Assembly (NCBI RefSeq): GCF_036919895.1
Contig: NZ_JBALBW010000007.1
Location: 39,435 to 103,434, forward strand
Direction of reading: 5' to 3'
DNA: 64,000 nt
Origin: Nostoc sp.
GTDB lineage: Bacteria > Cyanobacteriota > Cyanobacteriia > Cyanobacteriales > Nostocaceae
Below the pieces are notes generated by a model. It saw only the letters and a list, made by a program, of their open reading frames with translations. It did not search any database and was not told the DNA's origin. The translations under genes and the position numbers were made by a program. How positions within the stretch are numbered: position 1 is the stretch's first letter; each line of letters opens with the position of its first letter. Shown in pieces: positions 47,536-59,343 of the stretch.

Positions 47536-48168
47536 TTACCCTATCTGTCCCCTCACCCAAGCGCGAAATGATTTGAGCAAAGCAATTTCTCCCATACTTT
47601 TACTCTGCTCAATAAATCTGCTTATCTCACTCACTGAAATTATAGGAAAGGCAATACTAAACTTACACTCAATATATTGTCCCTCTATTAGTTGATAAAA
47701 TTTTAAATTTTGCCCATCATATCTCCAAAGTTCAGTTACACCCAATGCTGAATAAATACCGAATTTGTTAACTGAACTACTAGTAATATCAATCTCAATC
47801 GCTAAATCAGGTGGTGGATCTGTTTCTAAATTGAGCGTCATCCTACCTCTGACTATCGATTCACTTCGTATATAGTAGCAAGTATCTGGTTCTATTCCCC
47901 GTTTTGATATTTTACGCTTTAGTGTTGTAGAACCAGCACTTTTAATTTCTACTCCGACTTCTTCAGCTAAAGCGAATATAAAACGATCAAATTGAATTTT
48001 GGGGTTTTCATGTTCAAAAAGTGGAGTCATAATTTCTAAAACACCGCAGTCATAAGCAAACCGAGAACCTCTATCTTCACCTGTATCTCTCAGCAAGGCT
48101 TCAAAGGTTTCCCAGCTAACGTTGTGTAGGACTGTTCTTTGTTCAGCAGGCGTTGACTTAACAAGCAT
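47536..48168 (-). CDS. Uma2-family endonuclease
   Basis: LHNVSWETFEALL, GIEPDTCYY, PPPDLAIEIDITSSS, ELWRYDG. Confidence 0.92.
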   Translation of the reverse strand: MLVKSTPAEQRTVLHNVSWETFEALLRDTGEDRGSRFAYDCGVLEIMTPLFEHENPKIQFDRFIFALAEEVGVEIKSAGSTTLKRKISKRGIEPDTCYYIRSESIVRGRMTLNLETDPPPDLAIEIDITSSSVNKFGIYSALGVTELWRYDGQNLKFYQLIEGQYIECKFSIAFPIISVSEISRFIEQSKSMGEIALLKSFRAWVRGQIG

Positions 48169-48366
48169 ATTAAAATACTTCTTCTGTCAGGATATTAGAT
48201 AAAATCCCGATAATTTTACCTATGTCATTAATATAATACTCGCTCAAGTCAATTTCAAGCACTTGCCTAATTAGCTTGAGAAACTTCCAGGTTAGTTATA
48301 GTGATGTCAATACCATAATTTGTCTGAATGTTATTGCCCTCACGTTCATTAAACTCCAGATAATAA

Positions 48367-48412
48367 ATTGTGCCAATTATTAGCAAGATATCTTGCTGAT
48401 ATTTGGCACAAT
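48367..48412. terminator. Long imperfect palindrome downstream of sufS
   Basis: attgtgccaa-ttat-tagcaagat/atcttgctg-atat-ttggcacaat. Confidence 0.65.
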
Positions 48413-48435
48413 CAGTTTCTGAATATTTTGTAATT

Positions 48436-49698
48436 TTAAGCAAGGAAACCTGCAAAAAAGTCCAGAGTTTCTTTCAGTGCTTTGATGAAAACATCAATTT
48501 CCTCGCGGGTGTTGTAGAAAGATAGACTTGCCCGTGCGGTTGCAGCAAGACCTAAGTAACGGTGTAATGGTTGAGTACAATGGTGTCCAGAACGGATGGC
48601 AACGCCTTCTTGATCTAATAATGTAGATAAGTCGTTAGCGTGGACTTCTCCGGCGGTGAATGACGCAAGAGCGGCTCTACCCTCACCTTTCGCATTTGGT
48701 TTGGGGCCGTAAATCCTAATTTGGGGAATTTGCTCTAATTGTTGGAACAAATAAGCTGTTAATTCGGCTTCGTAGGCGTGGATTTTATCCATGCCGATAT
48801 TGCTAAGATAATCTATCGCAGCACCAAGTGCGATCGCTTCCCCAATTGCAGGTGTACCGGCTTCAAATTTATGCGGTAATTCTGCATAAGTTGAATGGTC
48901 TAAATATACCTCTGCAATCATCTCACCACCACCAAAAAATGGTGGCATTGATTCTAGTAATTCCAACTTGCCATACAGAAATCCTATCCCAGTTGGCGCA
49001 CACATTTTATGACCGGAAGCTACCAACCAATCACAATCTATTTTCTGCACATCGACAGGGTAGTGAGGGACACTTTGGCAAGCATCTACTAAGAATTTAG
49101 CACCGTAGCTGTGAGCGATCGCAGCAATTTCTTCCACTGGATTAATGCAACCCAAAGTATTAGAAATATGTACCACCGACACCAACTTTGTTTTTTCAGA
49201 AATCAGTTTTTTAAACTGTTCCAAATCAAAAGTTTCTTCTGGTGTTAATTCTACAAATTTCAGTACTGCACCCGTTTTTTGTGCCACCAATTGCCAAGGT
49301 ACAATATTGCTGTGGTGTTCCATCACTGAGAGAATAATTTCATCCCCAGGCTGTAAATTATTCATGCCCCAACTGTAGGCTACTAGGTTAATCGCCTCAC
49401 TTGCGTTGCGGGTGTAAACGATTTCCTGACGCGATGCAGCATTGATGAATTTGGCAATTTTATCTCTAGCACCTTCATAAGCATCAGTAGCTTTAGCACT
49501 CAGAGAATGGGCACCTCGATGCACGTTAGCATTATATTGCTCGTAATAATCCCGCAGGGTATTTAATACGAATAAAGGCTTTTGCGATGTCGCAGCATTA
49601 TCGAGATAAACCAAGGGTTTCTCATTGACTTCCTGATGCAATATCGGGAAGTCAGCGCGAACTTTATCAGCAAGGGTTTTGGTAGGAGTGAAAGTCAT
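48436..49698 (-). CDS. sufS: SufS cysteine desulfurase
   Basis: [30 protein letters not shown]. Confidence 0.97.
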   Translation of the reverse strand: MTFTPTKTLADKVRADFPILHQEVNEKPLVYLDNAATSQKPLFVLNTLRDYYEQYNANVHRGAHSLSAKATDAYEGARDKIAKFINAASRQEIVYTRNASEAINLVAYSWGMNNLQPGDEIILSVMEHHSNIVPWQLVAQKTGAVLKFVELTPEETFDLEQFKKLISEKTKLVSVVHISNTLGCINPVEEIAAIAHSYGAKFLVDACQSVPHYPVDVQKIDCDWLVASGHKMCAPTGIGFLYGKLELLESMPPFFGGGEMIAEVYLDHSTYAELPHKFEAGTPAIGEAIALGAAIDYLSNIGMDKIHAYEAELTAYLFQQLEQIPQIRIYGPKPNAKGEGRAALASFTAGEVHANDLSTLLDQEGVAIRSGHHCTQPLHRYLGLAATARASLSFYNTREEIDVFIKALKETLDFFAGFLA

Positions 49699-49712
49699 TG
49701 GTAGATTAGTTA

Positions 49713-51119
49713 TTACTCATTAGTCAGGGACTTGAGATTATTCACTGTGTTTAAAAGGATTTCTCGCAGAGAGGGAATCGGTATTTGGTTGATAACTTCA
49801 GCAGCGAAGGCGTTAATTAACAACTTTCGAGCATCGTTTTCATCAATTCCCCGACTTTGCAGATAGAATATTTCATCATCTTCCAATTGGCTAACGGTAG
49901 CACCGTGAGCGCACTTTACATTATCCGCAGTAATTTCCAATTGGGGTTTGGTATCAACTCTGGCTTTAGACGATAGCAGCAAATTGCGATTCAACTGGGA
50001 TGCATTTGTTAACTGCGCTAGTTTGGGTACAAAAACTTTACCATTGAATACCGCATGAGCGCGATCGCCTACAATACATTTATGCAATTGGTGACTTGTA
50101 CCGTGAGGATGGTTGAGTGCGATCGCACTGTGAGTATCAGACAACTGCTTACCATAAATCATCGTCAACCCATTGAGAGTAGTTTCTGTCTGTTCACCAG
50201 TTTGCAAAATTTCTAAATTGTGCCGCGACAACTTCGCGCCTAAATTTATGGCATGACAAGTATATCGACTATTACGAGCTTGCGAGACAGATGTTTTACC
50301 AATATGAAAACCCTCTGCACTTTCACCTTGGATTCGAGTATGGTTAACCTGGGCATTTTCCTCAATCCAGATTTCTGTAACTGCGTTAGTAAAGTGAACT
50401 ACTTCCCCAAGTTCTATTTGATCTGGATCTTCTACGTCTGTTGGTTGATACAGATAATCTTCAATGAGCGTAACACTACTACCAGATTCAGCCACTACTA
50501 AAGAACGAGGTTGTGATAGTATCGGTGAATCGCTAGGAATAGACAGGAATAGTAAATGAATTGGCGTTTCTACCACAACATTTTTTCCTACCCATACTAC
50601 AGATGCATTTGTGAAAGCAGCCGTATTCAACGCAGTGAAAACTTCTTGCGTACCCGGTTCTTGGACTGAATAATAATTCTCTAGGCGAGAGCGATATTCT
50701 AAAGGAAATCCAGCTAAATCTTCCACCCATATACCTTCTGGCAAATCTGCAACAGATGACAGATCGGGCGAAAAAACTCCGTTGACAAACACCAACCTAC
50801 TATCAACAGCTTCTGGTAAAGTCAGTCGTGTGATATCAAATTTTACAGACCAAAACCCTCGTGTCTCTACATTGAATTTTACTTGCCGTAGAGACGACAG
50901 ATCAGTAAATCGCCATTCTTCCTCACGGGTAGTGGGGATAGTTGAGTTACGGACAAAATTAGCAGCGCGATCGCGCAGTTGTTGTAACCAAGCAAATGTT
51001 TCCGGCTGAGGAACTTCCTCGACAATCAATTCCTGAAATTGATTTAACAACTCACTTAGGTAAGGATCTTCATTTACTAAGGTGTTGGAAGCCTGATTTT
51101 GAGATACTTGAATACTCAT
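49713..51119 (-). CDS. sufD: Fe-S cluster assembly protein SufD
   Basis: [32 protein letters not shown]. Confidence 0.96.
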   Translation of the reverse strand: MSIQVSQNQASNTLVNEDPYLSELLNQFQELIVEEVPQPETFAWLQQLRDRAANFVRNSTIPTTREEEWRFTDLSSLRQVKFNVETRGFWSVKFDITRLTLPEAVDSRLVFVNGVFSPDLSSVADLPEGIWVEDLAGFPLEYRSRLENYYSVQEPGTQEVFTALNTAAFTNASVVWVGKNVVVETPIHLLFLSIPSDSPILSQPRSLVVAESGSSVTLIEDYLYQPTDVEDPDQIELGEVVHFTNAVTEIWIEENAQVNHTRIQGESAEGFHIGKTSVSQARNSRYTCHAINLGAKLSRHNLEILQTGEQTETTLNGLTMIYGKQLSDTHSAIALNHPHGTSHQLHKCIVGDRAHAVFNGKVFVPKLAQLTNASQLNRNLLLSSKARVDTKPQLEITADNVKCAHGATVSQLEDDEIFYLQSRGIDENDARKLLINAFAAEVINQIPIPSLREILLNTVNNLKSLTNE

Positions 51120-51907
51120 TACACACCTACCTCAGCTGCAAATTCTGCTAGTACCCAGTCATAACCGCGAGACTCTAACTCCAGCGCCAGTTCTTTACCA
51201 CCACTCGTAATAATCTGCCCCTGTGCCATCACATGCACAAAATCAGGCACAATATAATCGAGTAACCGTTGGTAGTGAGTAATCAAAATTGTCGAATTGT
51301 CTGGACTTGCCAGTTGATTTACGCCATTCGCCACAATTCTGAGCGCGTCAATATCCAAACCCGAATCAGTCTCATCCAAAATTCCCAACTTTGGTTCTAG
51401 CAGCGCCATTTGCAGAATTTCATTCCGCTTCTTCTCACCACCAGAAAACCCTTCATTCAAACTCCGACTGAGAAAACTGGGATTCATCTTCACCACATCC
51501 AGCTTTTCCTCAATCAAATCGTCAAAATCAAAAGCGTCTATTTCCTCTAAACCTTGCGCCTTGCGACGAGAATTATACGCCACCCGCAAGAAATCCAAAT
51601 TGCTCACACCGGGAATTTCTAACGGATACTGAAACGCCAAAAACACACCACTTCTAGCCCGTTCCTCCGGTTCCAACTCCAGTAAATTTTGCCCCTGGAA
51701 AATCACCTCACCGCCAGTCACCTCATACGCCGGATGCCCAGCCAACACCTTAGAAAAAGTACTCTTACCAGAACCATTCGGCCCCATAATCGCATGAATT
51801 TCACCCGATCGCACCTCCAGGTTTACACCTTTCAAAATCGGTGTCCCATCAACACTAGCCGTCAGATTCCTAACTGACAGCACAACTTCACTATTTTCAA
51901 TAATCAT
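51119..51907 (-). CDS. sufC: Fe-S cluster assembly ATPase SufC
   Basis: [31 protein letters not shown]; start MIIENS at 51907. Confidence 0.97.
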   Translation of the reverse strand: MIIENSEVVLSVRNLTASVDGTPILKGVNLEVRSGEIHAIMGPNGSGKSTFSKVLAGHPAYEVTGGEVIFQGQNLLELEPEERARSGVFLAFQYPLEIPGVSNLDFLRVAYNSRRKAQGLEEIDAFDFDDLIEEKLDVVKMNPSFLSRSLNEGFSGGEKKRNEILQMALLEPKLGILDETDSGLDIDALRIVANGVNQLASPDNSTILITHYQRLLDYIVPDFVHVMAQGQIITSGGKELALELESRGYDWVLAEFAAEVGV

Positions 51908-52010
51908 CTTCTCTCTTCTCTCTCTGCGCTCTCTGCGCCTCTGCGGTTCGTTACTCTTCCAAAAGATAAACACAGAAAGCCGATGTCCCTGTGTTTATCC
52001 TTGCTTCCAC

Positions 52011-53450
52011 TTATCCAACACTGCCTTCCAACTTCAAACTCAACAACTTATCAGCTTCCACAGCAAACTCCATCGGTAGCTGATTAAAAACATCCTTACA
52101 AAAGCCGCTAATCATCATCGAAATAGCATCTTCCGAAGAAATCCCCCGTTGAGCAAAGTAAAATAACTGATCTTCCCCAATCTTAGAAGTAGAAGCTTCA
52201 TGCTCCACCTTCGCACCGTTATTTTGCACCTGAATATAAGGGAAAGTATTCGCATGGGCATTATCCCCAATCAGCATCGAGTCGCACTGAGAATAATTTC
52301 TCGCTCCTTTCGCCGTCGGATTGACTTTCACCAAACCCCGGTAGCTATTACTAGAATTACCTGCGGAGATTCCTTTAGAAATAATTGTACTGCGGGTATT
52401 TTTACCGACATGAATCATCTTGCTGCCAGTATCAGCTTGCTGCTTATGATTTGTCAGCGCCACCGAGTAAAACTCACCCACAGAGTTATCACCCACCAAA
52501 ACACAACTAGGATATTTCCAAGTAATTGCCGAACCTGTTTCTACTTGAGTCCAGGAAATCTTGGAATTCACACCCTGACATAAACCGCGCTTGGTGACAA
52601 AGTTGTAAATACCGCCTTTCCCGTTAGCATCTCCAGCGTACCAGTTTTGCACAGTAGAGTATTTAATTTCGGCGTTGTCGAGGGCGACGAGTTCCACAAC
52701 GGCGGCGTGCAGCTGGTTGGTGTCATACATCGGTGCAGTGCAACCTTCCAGGTACGAAACATAACTACCTTCTTCGGCGACAATCAAAGTCCGTTCAAAT
52801 TGTCCCGTGTCACCAGAGTTGATGCGGAAGTAGGTAGATAGTTCCATTGGGCATTTTACGCCTTTAGGAATATAGACAAAAGAACCATCGCTAAATACGG
52901 CGGCGTTTAAGGCGGCAAAATAGTTATCAGCGATGGGAACAACGCTACCCAGGTATTTTTTGATTAGTTCTGGGTGTTCTTGCAACGCTTCCGAAAAGGA
53001 GCAGAAAATAACACCATCTTCCGCTAACTTTTCTTTAAATGTAGTAGCGACAGAAACGCTATCGAAAATCGCATCGACGGCGACATTTGCCAGTCGCTTC
53101 TGTTCAGATAAAGAAATACCTAATTTTTCAAAGGTTTCCAGCAGGGTTGGATCGACTTCATCCAAGCTGTTTAGTTTTTCTTTCTTACGTTTTGGTGCTG
53201 AGTAATAAATGATATCCTGATAATTGATTGGCGGATACTTGACATTAGGCCAAGTTGGTTCCGTCATTTTTTGCCACTGGCGATAAGCTCTGAGGCGAAA
53301 GTCCAGCATGAACTGTGGCTCGTTCTTCTTAGAGGAGATCAAGCGAACAACGTCCTCGTCTAGTCCACGCGGAATAGTGTCGGCCTCAATATCAGTAATA
53401 AAGCCGTACTTGTAGGGTTGGTTGACTAAGGTTTTGACAGTGGCACTCAT
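52011..53450 (-). CDS. sufB: Fe-S cluster assembly protein SufB
   Basis: [33 protein letters not shown]. Confidence 0.98.
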   Translation of the reverse strand: MSATVKTLVNQPYKYGFITDIEADTIPRGLDEDVVRLISSKKNEPQFMLDFRLRAYRQWQKMTEPTWPNVKYPPINYQDIIYYSAPKRKKEKLNSLDEVDPTLLETFEKLGISLSEQKRLANVAVDAIFDSVSVATTFKEKLAEDGVIFCSFSEALQEHPELIKKYLGSVVPIADNYFAALNAAVFSDGSFVYIPKGVKCPMELSTYFRINSGDTGQFERTLIVAEEGSYVSYLEGCTAPMYDTNQLHAAVVELVALDNAEIKYSTVQNWYAGDANGKGGIYNFVTKRGLCQGVNSKISWTQVETGSAITWKYPSCVLVGDNSVGEFYSVALTNHKQQADTGSKMIHVGKNTRSTIISKGISAGNSSNSYRGLVKVNPTAKGARNYSQCDSMLIGDNAHANTFPYIQVQNNGAKVEHEASTSKIGEDQLFYFAQRGISSEDAISMMISGFCKDVFNQLPMEFAVEADKLLSLKLEGSVG

Positions 53451-53572
53451 CAGTAATAATCTCTCGTGTTCTGAACTCTTTTAGGATGGGAGACGGACTT
53501 TATCTTTAATCGATTCCCATATCAGGTTACGCAATGGTTACACGGCTGCTAGAATAGTGGTGGAGACTAAAA

Positions 53573-53586
53573 CAACAGCTTTGTTG
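53573..53586. promoter_or_regulatory. SufR binding site 1
   Basis: CAAC-agcttt-GTTG matches the CAAC-N6-GTTG SufR operator in the divergent sufB-sufR spacer. Confidence 0.8.
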
Positions 53587-53617
53587 TTTAACCTATCTTC
53601 ATTTTACGCTAGATTAA

Positions 53618-53631
53618 CAACAACAATGTTG
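53618..53631. promoter_or_regulatory. SufR binding site 2
   Basis: CAAC-aacaat-GTTG. Confidence 0.8.
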
Positions 53632-53694
53632 TCAAAGTCAAATTTTCAAAGAAATTTTTGGGACGTTCGCTGAACGCCTCGCACCAACCATAAG

Positions 53695-54378
53695 ATGGCG
53701 ACTACCCACCAGTCCTCAACCAAGCAAGATATCCTTGAGTATCTGCATAAACGCGAAAAAGCAACGGCTTTGGAGCTAGCTGAAGTTTTAGACGTTACCC
53801 CCCAAGCGATTCGTCGCCACCTCAAGGACTTGGAGACGGAGGAGCTAGTTTTGTATTCAACATCAGTGCAGACGGCGGGGATGGGGCGGCCGCAGCACCT
53901 TTATGAATTGAGTCGTCAAGGACGCGATCGCTTGCACCGCACAATGAGCGATCGCTTTGGTGATGGCCACGGAAATTTTGCGGTTTCGTTGCTAGACACC
54001 TTAGCCGAAACGGTAGGACATGAGCAATTTAAATCGATTTTAGAGAAACAGTGGCAGCGCAAAGCTTTAGAATACCGCGATCGCGTCGGTAATGGTTCGC
54101 TGCGAGAACGTGTAGCCAACTTAGTAGAGTTGAGAAAAGCGGAAGGCTTCATGGCAGAGTATCACCCTGTTGATGTCCGTGACACCTTTGAGTGCGATCG
54201 CTTTATCTTAATGGAGCATAACTGTGCTATTTCCAACGTTGCCGAGTCTTTCCCCAGCGTTTGCGGTCACGAATTAGAAATGTTTGCAGCCGTACTACCA
54301 GATTGTAACGTAGAACGCACCCACTGGATTATTGATGGCGAACATCGTTGTGGCTATTTGGTACAAATTCGTCATTAG
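53695..54378 (+). CDS. sufR: Fe-S biosynthesis transcriptional regulator SufR
   Basis: N-terminal wHTH, EHNCAIS..VCGHEL..EHRCGY cysteines; divergent from sufB. Confidence 0.96.
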   Translation: MATTHQSSTKQDILEYLHKREKATALELAEVLDVTPQAIRRHLKDLETEELVLYSTSVQTAGMGRPQHLYELSRQGRDRLHRTMSDRFGDGHGNFAVSLLDTLAETVGHEQFKSILEKQWQRKALEYRDRVGNGSLRERVANLVELRKAEGFMAEYHPVDVRDTFECDRFILMEHNCAISNVAESFPSVCGHELEMFAAVLPDCNVERTHWIIDGEHRCGYLVQIRH

Positions 54379-54433
54379 TCATTTTTGAAATATTATCCAA
54401 TGCCCAATAATCAACTAAATTTGAGATAACGTT

Positions 54434-54694
54434 ATGGATACACCACCACAGCAACCATCAGCACAATTTTTAACCCTGGAAGAGTCAGCAAAAGTAGATG
54501 CGGCTTTGTTGTCTTCCCCAGAAAAGTTTTTAACAAGATTGACAATTTCATCACTTAAGCTTTTAAAGCATATCGCTCAAGAATATGGTGTTGCTATTGA
54601 AGATTTGACAGCGCCGCAAGTAATTGCGTGGTTTGAAAAAGATGGTAGAATTCGCCGTGAGCAGGGAATTGAAGCTTCATATCTGAAATGGTAA
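54434..54694 (+). CDS. Small conserved hypothetical protein
   Basis: 86-aa ORF, KFLTRLTISSL..WFEKD. Confidence 0.7.
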   Translation: MDTPPQQPSAQFLTLEESAKVDAALLSSPEKFLTRLTISSLKLLKHIAQEYGVAIEDLTAPQVIAWFEKDGRIRREQGIEASYLKW

Positions 54695-54742
54695 TTTGTT
54701 TAACAAATTTTCCAGTTTTTCTGCAATTGCAATGCCTTTCTT

Positions 54743-55798
54743 CTAGCTTGGTGGTTGAGTTTGCAAAACCTTATTTTTATCTAACAATGCAGTAGTTGCA
54801 TTGACTACAATCTGTGCTGAACCTGTGAAAAACGATCGCTCGATAGTCGCTGGAACATCGCTAGGTTGATGATAGTGCGGAGTTCGTAAGTTTGCGGTAT
54901 CTGTCACCAATACAGCACCCACACCCTGATACCAAAATGGTGCATGATCGCTGCGTAGGGTATCTGGTGTCAGTAAACCTTTAAAAGGAATTGGTACTGT
55001 CAAAACTGCTGGCAGATTTGATTCCTGTTTATTCAGGGCGGTTGAGGGGAGCATCTGTGAGCTTTGAAAAGCATTCAGTAAAGGCAAATGTTCTGTATCA
55101 CCAACTACTGCCAAAAAATCGCCCTTGTTGCTAGGTGGTATAACAGGCAATGCGGCAGGGTATTTCTGACACCCAGGAGTGTAACAAGCATAACCTACCA
55201 TATCCATAACGATCGCTCCGCCCAAGTTTTGTAAGCGTGCTGTCTTGCTCACAAAAGCCTGACTACCCAAAAGTCCTGCTTCTTCTTGGTCAAAAAAAGC
55301 TATTTGTAACGTCCGTGGTGTGGAACGAGAACCCAGCAACCGCGCAACTTCCAGCACTACAGCTACACCACTAGCGTTATCATCAGCACCGGGGGATAAA
55401 GCAACGGTATCGTAATGCGCTGCTACCAAAATTGCTTTAGCGGCTTTGTCAGTTCCTGGACGTTCAGCAAAAATATTCACACCCTCAGAGAACTTTTCTA
55501 ATTTAGGTTTCCAGCCGAATTTTGTGAGTTCAGTTGTGATATAAGTGCGAGTAAGCGATCGCTCTTTTGTTGTGTAGCGCTGAAAATTCAACTTTTGGAT
55601 ATGGTTTAACAGCCTGTCAGTAGACACTTGTGGCGCACTGTCAACTTCCTTTAACTCTGCCTGTGGTTGGCGTGTTTTCACTGGAATGCGCTCAACAATT
55701 GCCGGTGACGGACGCTGTTCTAAAAACGTGCTACCTCTACTACCCACCACAGCAACTGCCATCAGCATCAACAGCATCAGCCAAATCCATTTTTTCAT
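54743..55798 (-). CDS. M28-family metallopeptidase, exported
   Basis: AAHYDT, GADDNASG, FDQEE, MDMVG, RSDHAPF, YHQPSD. Confidence 0.92.
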   Translation of the reverse strand: MKKWIWLMLLMLMAVAVVGSRGSTFLEQRPSPAIVERIPVKTRQPQAELKEVDSAPQVSTDRLLNHIQKLNFQRYTTKERSLTRTYITTELTKFGWKPKLEKFSEGVNIFAERPGTDKAAKAILVAAHYDTVALSPGADDNASGVAVVLEVARLLGSRSTPRTLQIAFFDQEEAGLLGSQAFVSKTARLQNLGGAIVMDMVGYACYTPGCQKYPAALPVIPPSNKGDFLAVVGDTEHLPLLNAFQSSQMLPSTALNKQESNLPAVLTVPIPFKGLLTPDTLRSDHAPFWYQGVGAVLVTDTANLRTPHYHQPSDVPATIERSFFTGSAQIVVNATTALLDKNKVLQTQPPS

Positions 55799-55958
55799 GT
55801 GATTTATCCTTGGCTTCCTGACTTAAGGTAGCGCAAATCCCGAAGCATAATTAATGCGATCGCAGAATTCTGTGCTAGCTGCGATTTGAACTAAAAAACT
55901 ATTGAGGAATTAAATAATTAGAAAGCAAATTACGCTTAATTTGATAAATAGAAACACC

Positions 55959-56091
55959 GGGCGATTGGAAATCGCGGCTATACAGACTAAACCCGCCTAG
56001 GCGGGTTTTATAGAGTCCGCGCAGGCGGACTTCGTTTGTATAGCCCCAGACTTCTAGTCTGTTCGCGTAGCGTGCGCCTTAGCGCAGGGCG
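55959..56091. repeat. Composite REP/BIME-like multi-hairpin element
   Basis: Outer arms ggctatacagac/gtttgtatagcc enclosing aaacccgcctaggcgggttt and agtccgc-gcag-gcggact; followed by gttcgcgtagcgtgcgccttagcgca. Confidence 0.7.
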
Positions 56092-56102
56092 GTCTGCTGA
56101 TG

Positions 56103-56208
56103 ATATCATGTCCGGTTAACCACTTATGATTACCGCATCTGTGCAACAATCGAAAAAACCTTTTTCCCCCTGCGGTGTGAATGATAAGTCTTTAGCCGGA
56201 CACGATAT
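56103..56208. mobile_element. 106-bp MITE-like element with 28-bp imperfect TIRs
   Basis: atatcatgtccggttaaccacttatgat ... atgataagtctttagccggacacgatat (5 mismatches). Confidence 0.7.
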
Positions 56209-56220
56209 GAGGGAAATATT

Positions 56221-59200
56221 TTAGCCAGGTAGAGTTAGCCCAGTCACAGCGATCGCACCTGCGATCGCACTAGCTGCAAGGGAAGTGATAGCTGTCCCAA
56301 ATATCCACCAAGCAGCATTTGCAACGGTTTTTTTGCTTTCTTCAGCTTGCTTTTTAGCTTGATGTTGGATAGCTTTCAAACGTTTTTGGGTTTCTTTCTG
56401 GATGCGTTCGGCTCGTTGCAATACGCCATCCCGCGCTGATTCTATTTGATCGATAATGCGATTAGCATCTGCCTCAGAGATATCTTTACGAGAACTCATG
56501 ACAGCAACTAAGGTGTCACGATCGAATTCACTGAGGCGATCGCGCAATGCTTCAAATCCAGCTTGCGGATCGTCAAATACTTTGGCAAAGTCTTGCTTAA
56601 TGCCTTCATAATTAAGTTCGGAACGATCCAGGGAGTTAAGATAGTTGCGAACTTTGCCAAAAACTCCATCCAGCACTGATTGCACCCTTTCCTGGATCTG
56701 CTGGAATTGTTCGACAATGGAACTGCGAACTGAATCAATTTGATCCACAATTCGGTTAGCTTCTTCTTCTGAGATATCCTCACGTTGGGATAATAGCGCC
56801 ACAATTGTCGAACGATCGAATTTCGAGGCGCGATCGCTTAAACTTCCAATTCCAGCGCGGGGAGAAGACAGCAGCAATTGTAAATCGCGTTTGATTCCTT
56901 CAGGATTGAGTTCGTCTTTGTTGGTATTACGCAGATATTCTTCAAGATTGGCTTCAAAATCTAAAGCTACTTGAGTGGTACGTTTTGCTAAACGTTTTGG
57001 CGCTCTGATAATATCACCAATGGCATCTTGGGCGCGATCGATGATCTGATTAACTTGCTCTTGGCTCAAGTCTCCGCGCTGACTGACAAGTTTAACCAAG
57101 GTTTCTCGATCGACATTAGATAAGCGATCGCGCAGTGCTAAGGCTCCAGCTTTGGGATCGTCGAGTAATTTTTCCAAATCCCTTCTAATACCTTGTGGAT
57201 CGAGTTCTTCCAAGTTGGTATTGCGGAGATATTCAGCGATCGCTTTGGTAGTTTTTTCGTACTGTTCTTTGGCTTGCTGCGGTACTTGCAAAATACTATC
57301 TCGGACTGATTCTAGCTGATCGAGAGTTTGGTTTACCTGTTCTTCGCTCAAATCTTGACGCTGACTGAGCAATTGTACCAATGTATCGCGGTCAAATTGC
57401 GCTAGGCGCGATCGTAACAAGCTAATTCCAGCTTGCGGATCGTCTAGTAAAACTTTAAACTCACGTTTGATGCCTTCGGGGTTGAGTTCGTCTTTATTAG
57501 TATTCCGCAGATAGTCTTCAACTTTTTGGCGCAGTTCATCAGCTTTCGCTTTTGCTTGTTCTTGCAATTCTCTAGCACGATTCAAGACATTATCGCGGTT
57601 GCGTTCGAGTTGACTAACAATATTATTAGCTTCCTCTTCGCTGATATCTTGACGCTGACTGAGCAATTGTACAAAAGTATCGCGATCAAATTGTCCGAAG
57701 CGGCTACTTAAATCTTCAAAGCCAGCTTGTGGATCTTCCACCAACTTGGCAAAGTCTCGTTCAATACCTTCAGGGTTAAGTTCTTCTTTCCCCGTCGAAC
57801 GCAGATAATCTTCGATGCGCGTGCGGAAATCTTGCCCTTTTTCTCGCGTTTGAGCCTGTTTTACAGTCTCTAAAACTTCCACGCGATCGCTTTCCATTTG
57901 TTCGGAAATTTCTTTCACTCTGGCTTCACCCAAATCGCCTCTCTGCTTCAGCAAGTTAGAGAAATATTGTTGATTTATTTCTTCCAACTCCCGTCTGACA
58001 GTTGTCGGATCTGCATTTACATCATAGATAACTTCTTTGAATTCATCTACTAGCGTAATTCGGTTAAAATGCCAAGGAAACGAATTTAATATGTACTCTT
58101 CTACATCTGCCTTAATCGCGTTTTCAAGTGATATTGGCAATTTTGCAGATACTTGCTCAGTTGCTTGCTCTCTAAACTTTTTAAATTGTTCTGTGACTCG
58201 ATCGACATCGACATCTTGAACTTTTTCTTTCAGCTTTTGCAACTGAGTTGTAATTTTGCTGACATCAATATCAGAAAGGTTTATCCGCTCCAAAACGGCT
58301 GGTGCAGCAGCGCTCAAGCCGTATCGAATAGCTTGCTTAATTACACCATTGCCATTACCGCCTCCAACTGTAACCAGTTGTTGAAGTCGTTCGCCCAATT
58401 GCTCAGAATTAAGTTCTTCAGGAGTAGCAGATTTAAGTAAATTAATTACTTGTTCTGTGGGATTTTGACGATTCAAAGCTTGTTGCCAAGCACCTTGAAA
58501 TTGGTCAGCAATGCCATTGATATCTTCTTTAGATAAATCTGCGCGACTGCTGATTAAATCAATAAATGTTTGGCGATCGATATTTTTTAATAGATCGCTG
58601 TTCGCCACAGATTGCAAATCTGTATCTTTAAGAAGCTGGTCAAATTGGGTGCGAATTTCTTTAACATCCAGCTTTGGCAATTGCAAAGAACCTAAAGAAC
58701 TTTGGAGCGTATTTTTAATTCCTTCGGGATCAAAACCTGAAGTTAATTCCCGCCGGACTGCGGCTGTAATATCTTCAGCCGTAGAAACTAACTGTTTTTT
58801 CGCAGCATTAGCACCGATACCAGCAGTTGCTGTACCCATCAGAGCTTGAAAACCAGAAGTTACAGTATTAGAAATAGAACCAACTAAAGAACCTACTGCT
58901 GATGAACCCAACCAAATTACTAATGAAAAATAGGTAGACCAGATGACTACACCAATAATTGCACCTAAAAATGCACTTTCGATTAGGCTAAGTTTTACTG
59001 CTAAAAAACAAGCAATAAATAATGCAATACTAACGGTGATTAACGCCCAAGTACCAACTTTAGCTTGACCTTTACGAATTGTCTTACCCAAACTTTCCGA
59101 CTCATCATCAGAATCTGAGCCAATTTCCCAAGATGAAATTCCGACAGCAACTGAAAAGTTTGTCAATAATAATTGAAAGGCAAATGCCATCAAAACCCCA

Positions 59201-59343
59201 GCCAGCAATGCCACCAAGAATTTAGGCCCAGAAAAAAGAACTGATGCTTCTTCTGGAGTTAGTGCTTCCTGAGCTAAAGTTATCGGCATTAACCCAAAAG
59301 GCAACCAGTTACATCCCAAAATACTTAAACAACCTTGAAACAT
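56221..59343 (-). CDS. Large membrane-anchored helical repeat protein
   Basis: N-terminal TM cluster, five clear ~95-aa repeats (YLRxTxxxELNPEGI..DPxAG..DRxTLVxLLSQRxDxS) plus degenerate ones, C-terminal TM. Confidence 0.85.
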   Translation of the reverse strand: MFQGCLSILGCNWLPFGLMPITLAQEALTPEEASVLFSGPKFLVALLAGVLMAFAFQLLLTNFSVAVGISSWEIGSDSDDESESLGKTIRKGQAKVGTWALITVSIALFIACFLAVKLSLIESAFLGAIIGVVIWSTYFSLVIWLGSSAVGSLVGSISNTVTSGFQALMGTATAGIGANAAKKQLVSTAEDITAAVRRELTSGFDPEGIKNTLQSSLGSLQLPKLDVKEIRTQFDQLLKDTDLQSVANSDLLKNIDRQTFIDLISSRADLSKEDINGIADQFQGAWQQALNRQNPTEQVINLLKSATPEELNSEQLGERLQQLVTVGGGNGNGVIKQAIRYGLSAAAPAVLERINLSDIDVSKITTQLQKLKEKVQDVDVDRVTEQFKKFREQATEQVSAKLPISLENAIKADVEEYILNSFPWHFNRITLVDEFKEVIYDVNADPTTVRRELEEINQQYFSNLLKQRGDLGEARVKEISEQMESDRVEVLETVKQAQTREKGQDFRTRIEDYLRSTGKEELNPEGIERDFAKLVEDPQAGFEDLSSRFGQFDRDTFVQLLSQRQDISEEEANNIVSQLERNRDNVLNRARELQEQAKAKADELRQKVEDYLRNTNKDELNPEGIKREFKVLLDDPQAGISLLRSRLAQFDRDTLVQLLSQRQDLSEEQVNQTLDQLESVRDSILQVPQQAKEQYEKTTKAIAEYLRNTNLEELDPQGIRRDLEKLLDDPKAGALALRDRLSNVDRETLVKLVSQRGDLSQEQVNQIIDRAQDAIGDIIRAPKRLAKRTTQVALDFEANLEEYLRNTNKDELNPEGIKRDLQLLLSSPRAGIGSLSDRASKFDRSTIVALLSQREDISEEEANRIVDQIDSVRSSIVEQFQQIQERVQSVLDGVFGKVRNYLNSLDRSELNYEGIKQDFAKVFDDPQAGFEALRDRLSEFDRDTLVAVMSSRKDISEADANRIIDQIESARDGVLQRAERIQKETQKRLKAIQHQAKKQAEESKKTVANAAWWIFGTAITSLAASAIAGAIAVTGLTLPG

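Noticed and set aside
51908-51973. Extended SufC N-terminus ([19 protein letters not shown])
   Set aside because: Translation of ctctgcg-type short repeats; the real start is MIIENS
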